Shown here piece after piece: positions 51,319 through 64,000 of a stretch of DNA of 64,000 nt. How positions within the stretch are numbered: the stretch's first letter is position 1; each line of letters opens with the position of its first letter. The position numbers were made by a program, and so were the translations under genes. The DNA is from Octopus sinensis (taxonomy: Eukaryota). Under the pieces are notes generated by a model. That model had not been told where the DNA came from and did no database searches. It worked only from the letters and a program-made list of their open reading frames with translations. Location of the stretch: NCBI RefSeq assembly GCF_006345805.1, contig NC_043007.1, positions 13,764,001 through 13,828,000 on the forward strand, in the 5' to 3' direction.

Positions 51319-52279
51319 ATTAGCATTTGTACTCACTCTGAACAAGAGATGAATATCTCATTGAGAAAATTTCAAAAATATTTGGTACAACTTCTCAAGA
51401 ACAACATGTACTGAAACGAAATGGAATTTAGTGTACTGCTAATAAACACAGAGAATTGTCGTGTATCCATTTGAACTTCAGATTTAAGGGTTGATAAGTC
51501 CAAAACTATAATCCAGTAAGGTATTTCGCATTTAATATTCTTGTATTCTTTTAATATATATTTTATTTTCAGTTAGTGTGTGTGTATGTGTGTGTATGTG
51601 TGAAGAGTGGGGTCTGATGTATCGTCGTATATTTTACTTTTGTTCATATTTCGTGAGAATAATTTATAGCTATTAGTTTTTTATGAAGTTGCTCACAGAG
51701 AGAAATAAATGTTTTATGTTCTCTCATGACCATGTTCTTGTTATTGTTGTTCAAAAATAAATGATCAAAAAGAAAAAATCGGTAGCAAAATAATCAAAAC
51801 TTTTTTTCCGTGTCGCTACACTAGACATCTTATAACATTCGGAAAAAAAAAAAAAGAAAAAAAAAATATGGCGACCGTTTCAACAAATACATCTTAAAAC
51901 ATATCTATCATGAGAAAACTGATGGTGTTAGAGCAAGTGAATATAAGAAGGGGGTACAAAGATACGGGTAACTGATAAATTCAGATTTACTGTTATATCA
52001 TATGCTATAATCGTGACAAAATATCTAACATAACCACCAACGTCACTCTGGTATTTCCAGCCAACACAAGGAAAAACAAAAACCCGAACCTATGTAGGAA
52101 ACCAACAAAAAAGCTACCTTTGATGTTTTTGTCTCGGATGTTTTGTTGTCGATGTTGTTGTTATCCTATTTCGTCGTTGTTGCTGTTGTTGTTGTTGTGA
52201 GGTCTATGTTATGTTCGTTGTTATTGTTGTTGGCATTGTCCTTACTGTCGAAGTGATGGTAAATGGCTCTTGGACTTAC

Positions 52280-52328
52280 CATTCTGCTTCTCTTTGCTTC
52301 TTCTGCTTGTTTCTGTTTCTTCTGTTCC
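52280..52328 (-). CDS. Candidate coding exon (49 nt): (R)EQKKQKQAEEAKRSRM
   Basis: TACTATTTAG acceptor, perfect GTAAGT donor and a GAA-rich, enhancer-like body. It encodes a charged helical peptide; no homology recognised. Confidence 0.4.
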
Positions 52329-52419
52329 CTAAATAGTATTTGCAATGACATGGCCCCAATCGCTAGAGCTTCGCAGAAAATGTTTTGTGGTATTTGTTGC
52401 AAGTCTTTTACATTTTAAA

Positions 52420-52900
52420 TTTAGATCATCTCGAGGTCGACTTTGCCTTTCATCCTTTCATTGTTCATAAAAGGAAGTACAAATTTGGCAGCTGGGTCGA
52501 TAGTATCAACAAAACCCTACCCCACTGAATTGTTGGCCTCGTACCAAGATTTGAAACCAAAGGCCATGAGCTTACGGAACCCTAAAGCATGTGGGGCAAA
52601 TACATAGTGGCATTTCTCCAGGATTCTTTGCGCTCTAAATTCAAATGCCACTGAGATCGACTTTGCCTTTCATCCTTTCGGAATCCATAAAAATATGCAG
52701 CAATCAAACACTAGGGTTGATGTGAACGAGTTAGCCCTTCCTCTAAGAAGTTTCTGGCTTGTGCAAAAAAATTAAAAGAACTAGATTCGTTAGCAGAATC
52801 AAAGCGTTAAAAACAAACTGATTTCCGTTTAGTTAGAGCCTTTTCCCGTTTCGACATCAAATCCTGCGGAGTTCAGCTTTGCTTTTCATCCAAATGAGTT
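52420..52900 (+). mobile_element. Three successive degenerate SINE family B bodies
   Basis: GA(G)GTCGACTTTGCCTTTCATCC-like motif at about 52435, 52655 and 52870. Confidence 0.7.
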
Positions 52901-53471
52901 CAATAAATTTTGAATGCATATTTTATTATATATAATTTTTTTTATTTGATTGTTTAAACGTAACTCTTGAGAAAAAAGTTTTTTGCTTTCAGTTCTTCAT
53001 TTGCTCCACTCCTTTTTACAAAAAATGCAAACACCACATTAATATATCACTTTTATGAAAATAACTAGAGCGCATGAGGATAGCAGTGGAATAAAGAATA
53101 TAAAAAAAAAATCACACCGGTGTCATAAATCTACATAAGACGTCAAGGCACATGGGTATCAGCTCGTCAATAGGACACACGGAGACTTAGTAGATCAATT
53201 GATTTGGGGCTGATACCAGAAAAAAAAAACAAGAGAATATTTTCTAAACCACTGGAATTTGAACTTCGCAAGACAGCCTTTGTCATGGAAGATGAAGAAA
53301 TATTAAAAAATGTTCAATTCGAATATTAATTCCAGTTTTCTTCGATTTACCCTTGTGTTTTTATTTCATCTCAACTGTTTTTTTTTTTTCTTTTTTGAAA
53401 AGAGATGGTAATTTAAATATATTATGTGCCTTTGTATCTGAACTCCTTAATGAGGCATTGACATAACATAT

Positions 53472-53691
53472 GTTTCTTTATTACTCACAAGGGGCTAAAC
53501 ACAGAGGGGACAAACAAGGACAGACAAATGGATTAAGTCGATTACATCGACTCCCGTCGTAACTGGTACCTAATTTATCGACCCCGAAAGGATGAAAGGC
53601 AAATTCCACCTCGGCGGAATTTGAACTCTGAACGTAACGGCAGACGAAATACGGCTGTGCATTTCGCCCGGCGTGCTAACGATTCTGCCAG
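53472..53691 (-). mobile_element. SINE family B
   Basis: Family match, with GACATAA.AT flanking both sides. Confidence 0.88.
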
Positions 53692-54082
53692 ACATAATAT
53701 TTTTAGACATGGTGAAGCCAGTCATTGTAGCTGATTTCGTCCAGAAAGTCAGAAAAGACAGATACAAAAAAGGGTGAGAGAGAGAGAGAGAATCGACACT
53801 GTTTTAGAATGGTACTTTATTTATCGACCCCTAAAGTGTGACAGATAAAATTGGCCACGATGAAATTTGAACTCAGGGTACAAAATTCAAACGGAACAAT
53901 TGTAACAAAATTGTCCTTCGACGCTCTAACCCAGTATTTCTCAACATTTTTACCCTTGTGCAACCCTTAAAATAAATTACATGTCTCAAGGCACCCCTGC
54001 ACATATAAGACTATATACTTTATCTTTCTCATATTTTTTTCATGATAGTTCACGTGGTAAACGTCATATATTTATATATATA

Positions 54083-55619
<1,537 letters not shown>

Positions 55620-56423
55620 TAGATAGATAGATAGATAGATAGATAGAAAGCAATAGACGGACGGACGGACAGACAGACAGATAGATAAAGCGTAAGTGTG
55701 TGCTTGCATGTATGTATGTAGACACTTTTTAATCGCTTTACTAAGTTTAGCAAGGTGGCTTCTACAGGAGCAGAAACTCCATCAACAATGTTGTCTCAGC
55801 ATTCCTCCCTATTATTAATAATCGGTGAATGCGTAAACTTCATCCACCTGCTCTCATATATGTTTCATAACGTTAAGTAAGTCCATCCGCGTTGTGACAG
55901 TAGAATATCCTGTTCTTGTTTCAGTCTGTTGATATCCATTGCATATACATCTCGCATAATGAATGTCAATTACATGATTTACTACGTAATGTACAATACG
56001 AGAAGATTTAAAATTCCTTCTGGGATATCAATTATTTTCAATCTTTTATTATAAACTGGCGAAATAAATCTATTTATGTAGTAGTTCGCTTTACGAGATT
56101 TGCATCAGGGTGTTCTACGCTTCTCGCATATATTTACGTGCAAGCAGCCATTTATGCACTTTTACATACAAACACGTATACAAGCATATACATAAACTCA
56201 TTTATGTAATTTTATACATGCACGTATGTATATATCTATATATGTGGCTCTGTGTTTGTGTTTTCGTGTTTCTTATGTATGTCTATGTGCACGCAGCCGT
56301 ATTTGCCTGTATACACATAGGCCTTTATTTGTATGTATGTATGTATGTATGTATGTATGTATGTATGTATGTATGTATGTATGTATGTGTGTATGAATGT
56401 TTGTATGCATGTATGTATGTATG

Positions 56424-56457
<34 letters not shown>

Positions 56458-57479
56458 TGTATGCATATTTGTACGTATGTATGTAGTTGGTTTTGTGCGT
56501 GTGTGTGTATATATATATATATATGCATATATGTGTGTGTATACTAATATATATATATACATATATATAAGTATATATATATATATATATATATATATGC
56601 ATATATGTGTGTGTATACTAATATATATATATACATATATATAAGTATATATATATATATGCATGTAAATGTGTGTGAGTGTGTGTGTGCGTGTGCGTGT
56701 ACGTGTGTGAGTGTGTGTGCGTGTATGTATGTATGTATATTTGTACGTATGTATGTAGTTGGTTTTGTGTATGTATACATTATATATATATACATATATA
56801 TATATATGTATATGTATGCATGTATATATGTGTGAGTGTTTGTGTGTGTGTGTGTGTTTGTGTTTGTGTGTGTGTGTGTGTGTGCGTGTGTGTGTGTGAG
56901 TGTGCGTGTGTGTGTGTGTGTGCGTGTGTGTATACCTTGCAATCGATTTATTTTACTAGTTCTGTGTTTAATTTCAACGAAAAATCTTCCTATTCAATAA
57001 CACTTAATTACTGCAGCAAAAAGGGGAAAAGCAAAATTATAGAAATCCATGATAAATTTCCAAGAGAAAAACTTCAACATTTTTAGATTTACCATTCCAA
57101 TCACGTAAAGATTGTGTTTCATTGTGAACACAAGCTGCTGACATTTTGTCATTAAAACAACTTTTCTTAGAATCGCCATAACCACAACAAAAAACAATAA
57201 TAACATCTTCAACAGCTAACCAATTATTAATTCATTTCACCTGTCTTCGTTTTCTATCGTATATTCTTTAAAATCTTGTTTGGCAAAATGTCGAAAAGTG
57301 ACGGTAATAAAAATAGGCGAACAGCAACTGTATTTCCAATAACAGTAATAACAACATCAAAACATATCATAATTTATATTACGTGAAAGAAAAAAAGGAT
57401 CCATAGCCGTCAATCTCAAGCGAATATGACCTGGTAGTAATGTAGTAACATGCACCGTTATGTTCCAAGGTTTTGCAAC

Positions 57480-57735
57480 TTTCTGTGTAAGGCTACAAGT
57501 AGAAATAGATACTCTGTTTGCTCTGCCACCCTGGATCCGGTGGAGCATTAAAGATGTGACTATTAAAGGGGAATAAATCTTCCCCAAGACTGAGCAGGTA
57601 TTTATGCCCCGCAGAGTAGACTGAAGCAACGAGAAATGCTGCGACTTGCTCAAAGATACGACGTGCTGTACGGTCAAACATTCGAACACTCGACCATATG
57701 ATTGCAAGCTAAACACCCTAACTACTTGTCCACGT
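57480..57735 (-). mobile_element. Old tRNA-headed SINE with a CORE-like TTGAGCAAG segment
   Basis: Reverse complement AAAGCCACGTGGACAAGTAGTTAGGGTG...GTGTTCGAATG...CTTTGAGCAAGTC. Confidence 0.55.
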
Positions 57736-57840
57736 GGCTTTAAAAATTTGTTATATAATCACATGATTAGAAAATTTGCAGCGAAGAGTGGCAAGTGAAG
57801 AGCTGATAATATATCTGTCAGGTGCTTTATTTTATCTAAG

Positions 57841-58270
57841 AACTAGCAGAATTGCCCGGCGATACTCGGGGCTGAATTGCTTGAAAGTACTGTTAATGAT
57901 TGCACTGAATTATGATGATTATTCAGGCAAATATTGATATAAGTTTACGGCGAATCAATGTATTTGTAAGTGTATAGTAAGCCGTGTAAAGGGGTTCCTA
58001 CCCCCTCGTAGAATAGTGTAAGAATTGAATGCGAGGTTGCCTTGAAAAGAGCCATGTTATTGTTCTCATAAGTGTAAGAATTTGATAGTCGTGGAAGGCG
58101 GTGTAAAACGTTCGAATGTAAATAGGGTCTCTTCGTTTTCCACGAACGGCAGCAGATGTGCTGTTACAAAACTTCATGCTATGTTAAAAGAGAATGGATG
58201 CCCTATGTAGGCAAGAGGGGAATGAAGCATGGGTAAGGAAATATGGGCAATTTATAAAATATAGAACAAT
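57841..58270 (+). mobile_element. Possible non-autonomous Helitron/Helentron-like element
   Basis: Starts ACTAGCAG...CCCGGCGATACTCGGG (subterminal hairpin) and has no TIRs. The 3' boundary is uncertain. Confidence 0.4.
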
Positions 58271-58377
58271 AGCATCTACTCACCATATGTCAGACTGGCA
58301 AGACTGTAGAGTGTTTATGCCGAATATGTACGTATGCATGTATATATATATGTATGTATGCCTGTATATATGTACAA

Positions 58378-58507
58378 AATCCACTGAGAAGGCTTTTGTT
58401 GGTCTGAAGCTACAGCAGAAGACACACGCCAAGTCACCAAAAAGTGGGACTGAACCCAGGACCATGTGTTTGGAACGTAGTTTGTTACCACACAGCCACA
58501 CCTGCCC
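58378..58507 (-). mobile_element. 5' part of SINE family A
   Basis: GGGACTGAACCCAGGACCATGTG...TTACCACACAGCCAC. Confidence 0.75.
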
Positions 58508-59559
58508 CTATGTATGTGTGTGTGTGTGTGCGTATGTGTGTATGGGTAGATATATTATGCATGTACATATGTGTATATATATATATGTGTACATATTACA
58601 TGTGCATCTATATATATCTACACATAAAATACAAAATACAAAGTTATATCTTGATATCGCTAGTGGTAATAATACTCAAAATATATAACAGACTGGAATT
58701 GTTAGCCCGTCTCTTGCAATTTCGATCAATTGGATCTTGTCCTCCCGCTTGTATAGAAGTGTACAGCTGCAGCGAAATTCATTTTTGGACTTTCTTCTAT
58801 CGAAGGCATTTTAACAAAAATGCTTCCGTAAAGACGGTGAAAATATTGTCAATTTCCCCAAACAGGGACACAATTCAATTTTTAAACAATAACCAAAGCC
58901 CCTTCTTCGAAAGGGGGAGGGTTACGGTTTACAATTATTTAACAAATGCAACACAACAACGTTTCCCTGACGAGGAACCAACAAACGTGATTACAATAGT
59001 CAAACAGTAATAATAATAACAACAAACCTTTTTAATTTATCCCCATTTATGTGAAACCACTTATTCAAGTTCAAGTCATTGATGCAATTTTATACGAATT
59101 GCTAATACACACACACACACACACACACACATAATAAGATTGAAAAATTGAATATTGATTTGATTAATATGAATTGAAAACCAGTGGTGTAGCATATAAG
59201 ACCATAGCGGATCTTCCTCTAGCAAAAAGGATGACCAGTATTAATGGCTCATCCCTGTTATATAATACTTTCACTTTAATAGTTTTACACTTGCAAAAAG
59301 AAAGTAGGAGAAATTCTGGTGGTAATAGCAGGAGTAAACCACCTGAAATGAGAGAGGCAAAAAGTAAAATATTGATTTTTCTGGAATTTTTGCTTAATTG
59401 GGGTTCAAATTGAAAAGACTTTACATGCCATGACCCAACCGGATCTACTTGGAAAAATCATAGGTAAATTCCAATTGAAGAAATTCTATAATGTAGAATT
59501 GTATTAAAAAGAAACATGGGAACAGGCAGAGAAAATCTGCCTTTTATCATAAGAGATAA

Positions 59560-59790
59560 GGCGGCGAGCTGACAGAATCGTTAGCACGCCGGGCGAAATG
59601 CGTAGCTGTATTTCGTCTGCTGTTACGTTCTGAGTTCAAATTCTACCGAGGTCGACTTTACCTTTCATCCTTTCGGGGTCGATAAATTAAGTACCAGTTA
59701 CGCACTGGTGTCGATGTAATCGACTTAAACCGTTTGTATGTCCTTGTTTGTCCCCTCTGTGTTTAGCCCCTTGTGGGTAGTAAAGAAATA
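59560..59790 (+). mobile_element. SINE family B, full monomer
   Basis: GGCGGCGAGCTG...CCCCTTGTGGGTAGTAAAGAAATA. Confidence 0.92.
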
Positions 59791-60362
59791 TACTTTATCT
59801 AAGAATTTTTTAAAAAGCCGACATTGATAGAATTAAACTCAGATCTTTGAGCGCCGTAACTAACTACCACAAATTGCTTTCTTAAATAGACACGAGTGGG
59901 GCAGGGCATGAAATTTGAGAGCGGACGGCGTTGTCCGTTCTCTTGTACTCATCACATAACTTGTGTTATAATTTATCGACATCCAAAGGAGGTGTTGTTG
60001 TCAGTGGGCTTTGTACTTTGGTGAAAGGCATTTTGAATTTATGTATGAATAATGATAATTTATTCTATTCTATTCTAATTTTATCGCCCAGGAAAATACA
60101 AATGTCAGCTTGTGTCACGTGAATTCTGGGTTTAGAAATTTAAAAAAATAACTAAATAAAGCAAAATAATTTTAGCCCCAGCACTCTTCTGTTGTTACTG
60201 TTAATCATCATAAAGCATTTTGGTCCCAGTACATTACTGTTGCTATTACTCACTGCCTTCTCAAATTATTAATAGCACAGAAAGATATAGAAAAGGTTAT
60301 ATATACCAGCTATATCCACATAAAAGAAGAAATCTTTTCCTTATTATCATTAATATTAATAA

Positions 60363-60565
60363 GGCGGCGAGCTGGCAGAATTGTTAGCATGCCGGAAAAA
60401 ATACTTAACGGCATTTTTACCAGTTTTTAATTTTCGAGTTCAAATGCCACCGAGGTCGACAATTCCTTTCATCCTTTCGGGGTCGTTAAATAAATACCAG
60501 TTGGATAATGACGTCGATATAACCAACGTCACCACCTCTCAAGATTGCTGGCCTTGTGCTGACAC
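60363..60565 (+). mobile_element. SINE family B, diverged, alternative tail
   Basis: Family head and body. Confidence 0.78.
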
Positions 60566-60584
60566 TTTGAGATAATTATGACTG

Positions 60585-60983
60585 TTACTCTCTTTTACTT
60601 GTTTCAGTCATTTGACTGTGGCCATGCTGGAGCACCACCTTTCGTCGAGCAAATCAACCCCAGGACTTATTATTTGTAAGCCCAGTACTTATTTTATCGG
60701 TCTCTCTTGCCGAACCGCTAAGTGACGGGAACGTAAACACACCAGCATCGGTTGTCAAGCAATGCTAGGGGGACAAACACATACACACAAACACACACAC
60801 ATATATATATATATATACGACAGGCTTCTTTCAGTTTCCGTCTACCAAATCCACTCACAAGGCATTGGTCAGCCCGAGGCTTATAGTAGAAGACACTTGC
60901 GCCCAAGGTGCCACGCAGTGGGACTGAACCCGGAACCATGTGGTTGGTAAACAAGCCTCTTACCACACAGCCACTCCTGCGCC
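60585..60983 (-). mobile_element. SINE family A
   Basis: Full-length family match. Confidence 0.92.
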
Positions 60984-61769
60984 TGTTGATATTTATTTTT
61001 CAAAGAGTCTCTTTTTTTCTCATTAGTCTTCTGTCTCGCTTTCATTCTATTAAAATATCTGTCGCATCGAAACCGCCGTTGTTCCGTTGTTTACAAATGT
61101 TTTAATGATATTTTTAAGACGTTGATATCATATCCGAACAAGATTTAGGTGTAGTTACAAGCATGTCGACAACATAATTCATGGCGGCTTGTTTATTTTA
61201 CGTCTTTATTTTTTTCATTTCAGACACCGCCATTGTGATGGGAAATTTATTCAATGGTCTGCTAATAGTCAGTTCTGTTACACAAATAAATGGTGAATAC
61301 TATTAAAAGAGTCTTTAAAAAAATGGTGATATGTAGCTTAGGGAAAAAAAAAAAATACATATCCGAATCTCCACCGAGCTGTGACTGATTTTGATTGTAG
61401 AAATTCTTAGATAAAGAGAACATTACCACGGTTTAGTCACAGTATGTTAATGTTCACGTCGTTGGAATCCCACAATAGTAAAGAGTTCTATAGCTAAGAT
61501 AGAATCTCGATATGATGCAATCACAGGATGACAGTCATAGAATAGAAGAATACGCAGGCTTAGTAATGGCATGGAAATGGTGGAATGGCGGAATAATAAA
61601 GATTCGATGGTTGATTCCTCTGTTATTGGAGTGAGAGTTTGGTTTAAGGACAAAAGCGAATATTTTATGAATTACGTCAAGTATTAGGTGACAGCACAGT
61701 GAGTTGACAGTCACATCGGCGGAAATTGCTGTTAATTGACAGCCCATAAAAAGAAGGAAAAAAAGGGGA

Positions 61770-62330
<561 letters not shown>

Positions 62331-62569
62331 CGTCGTCTCTTTATTTCAGGGAGGGGATTATCTTTATATATCGATGACCATCTTCGCATCAGTCGAGGAG
62401 AAGGCTAACACCCGTTTATTCTGGCATGAAAATCCAGGTACTTAAGAGAAAACGAGAGAGAGAGAGAGAGAGAGACAAACAGACAGACAGAGAAAGAGTA
62501 CGAGACAGATAAAGAAAGCGATGGTAGTTTCATATTTAATTCACTTTTTTCTCTCTCCCTCATTCAGTT

Positions 62570-62990
62570 CTCACTTTCTCTCTCTCTCCCTCTCTTTGAC
62601 CCTCTTTTCTTCACTCTCTGCTCACTCTCTTCTCTCTCACTCTCCCTCTCTTTGACCTTATTTTTTCACTCTCTGCTCACTCTCTTCTCTCTCACTCTCC
62701 CTCTCTTTGACTCTCTATTTTCACTCCCTGCTCACTCTCTTCTCACTCTCCGTCTCTTTGACCTCTTGTTTTCACTCTCTTCTCTCTCACTCTCCCTCTC
62801 TTAGACTCTCTGCTCACTCTCTTCTCTCTAACTCTCCCTCTCTTTGACCCTGTTGTTTTCACTCTCTTCTCTCTCACTCTCCCTCTCTTTGACCTTCTTT
62901 TTTCTCACCCTCTACTCACTCTCTTCTCTCTCACTCTCCCTCTCTCTGACCCTCTTTTTTCACTCTCTGCTCACTCCCTTCTGTCTCTCG
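62570..62990 (+). repeat. Pyrimidine-rich degenerate minisatellite (~55-60-bp period)
   Basis: Recurring CTCTCTCACTCTCCCTCTCTTTGACC...TTCACTCTCTGCTCACTCTCTT, about 7 copies. Confidence 0.8.
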
Positions 62991-63343
62991 TCTCTCACTC
63001 ACACCTTCCCCCCACTCTCTCCCCCACTCGCTCGCCCTCTTTCCTGGACGAATCACATTATACACTTGGTGACCTTCTTGTGTCAATATTTCTTTTTTTA
63101 TTTCTGATAACTAGCATTAAACGTTCTCTTTGAAATGTTATGTGTGACTAATGAAATATATTATCCCTATAAATAACACATTACACTAACAACGATCCCC
63201 TTATAGCCGACCTCCTCCACATTTCTTCATTTGCTTTTTCTTCTTCTAATACTCTTTCGCAGCGCCCCCCCCCCCCACACACACACAGCATCTTATTCCT
63301 TGTCATTTGTTTATTTTTTTAGTCTTTGTTATGCTGCATTGTA

Positions 63344-63570
63344 TACTCTTTACTCTTTTACTTGTTTCAGTCATTTGACTGTGGCCATGCTGGAGCACCG
63401 CCTTTAATCGAGCAACTCGACCCCGGGACTTATTCTTTTTTTTTTTTTTTGTAAGCCCAGTACTTATTCTATCAGTCTCTTTTGCCGAACCGCTAAGTAA
63501 CAGGGACGTAAACACACCAGCAACGGTTGTCAAGCAATGCTAGGGGGGACAAACACAGACACACAAACAA

Positions 63571-63613
<43 letters not shown>

Positions 63614-63779
63614 TACGACAGGCTTCTTTTCAGTTTCCGTCTACCAAATCCACTCACAAGGCATTGGTCGGCGCGGGGCTATAGCAAAAGACACTTGCCC
63701 AAGATGCCACGCAGTGGGACTGAACCCGGAACCATGTGGTTGGTTAGCAAGCTACTTACCACACAGCCACTCCTGCGCC
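63344..63779 (-). mobile_element. SINE family A
   Basis: Full-length family match. Confidence 0.92.
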
Positions 63780-64000
63780 TATGCATCAGTTTTTATATAT
63801 ATTTTTGCATCATTTCCCCTACCTCATCATTTTTTATGTAAACCCACCCTCAACAGAAATTGCAATTCGCCCTTGTAATGCCCCTCACATCTGATGCTCT
63901 TGTGGTCAAATCCAAGAAATCAGCTTGGACATCCTCATTATCACCAGAGGGCGCACACTCTCCTACCCTGATGTAATCTCCAGGGATACTGGCATCCAGC

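Noticed and set aside
57357-57716. 119-aa ORF
   Set aside because: It overlaps an old SINE in the same orientation and has no recognisable motif.
59200-59558. Second Helitron-like element (3' hairpin AGGCAGA/TCTGCCT followed by ATAAGAGAT)
   Set aside because: No matching 5' end could be identified, and a single short hairpin is insufficient.
63840-64000. GC-richer open frame at the window edge (minus strand: LDASIPGDYIRVGECAPSGDNEDVQADFLDLTTRASDVRGITRANCNFC*)
   Set aside because: It is truncated by the window and no motif was recognised, so an exon cannot be distinguished from a repeat relic.

Overview
AT-rich, microsatellite-saturated animal DNA that looks intronic or intergenic. The repeat families resemble those of a coleoid cephalopod (Octopus); this is an inference from the tRNA-derived SINEs and the extreme (TA)n/(GATA)n/(AAT)n load, not a database match. 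No complete protein-coding gene can be supported, and almost all ORFs in the track are microsatellite or SINE translations. Supported content: (1) about 40 copies or fragments of at least four tRNA-headed SINE families; (2) decayed LINE pieces (two R4/Dong-clade copies around an (AAT)n array; a CR1/L2-type RT fragment and a 3' end); (3) a Penelope GIY-YIG fragment; (4) mariner and Tc1 remnants, MITEs and fold-backs; (5) a 46-bp minisatellite inside a SINE and a recent ~490-bp tandem duplication; (6) a few isolated splice-site-bounded exon candidates. The most interesting signal is a set of minimal type I hammerhead ribozyme (HHR) motifs from several unrelated families. One family combines a tRNA-like head, an (AAT)n spacer and an HHR-bearing tail. 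At two loci it appears as an inverted-plus-direct composite inside a single target-site duplication, so it is a candidate Penelope-mobilised SINE. A second HHR carries the compensatory U3-A8 core at the tip of a rod-like fold within a 356-bp direct-repeat-bounded unit (retrozyme-like). The 3' end of a CR1/L2-type LINE also matches the tail of the commonest SINE, which points to its likely partner LINE.
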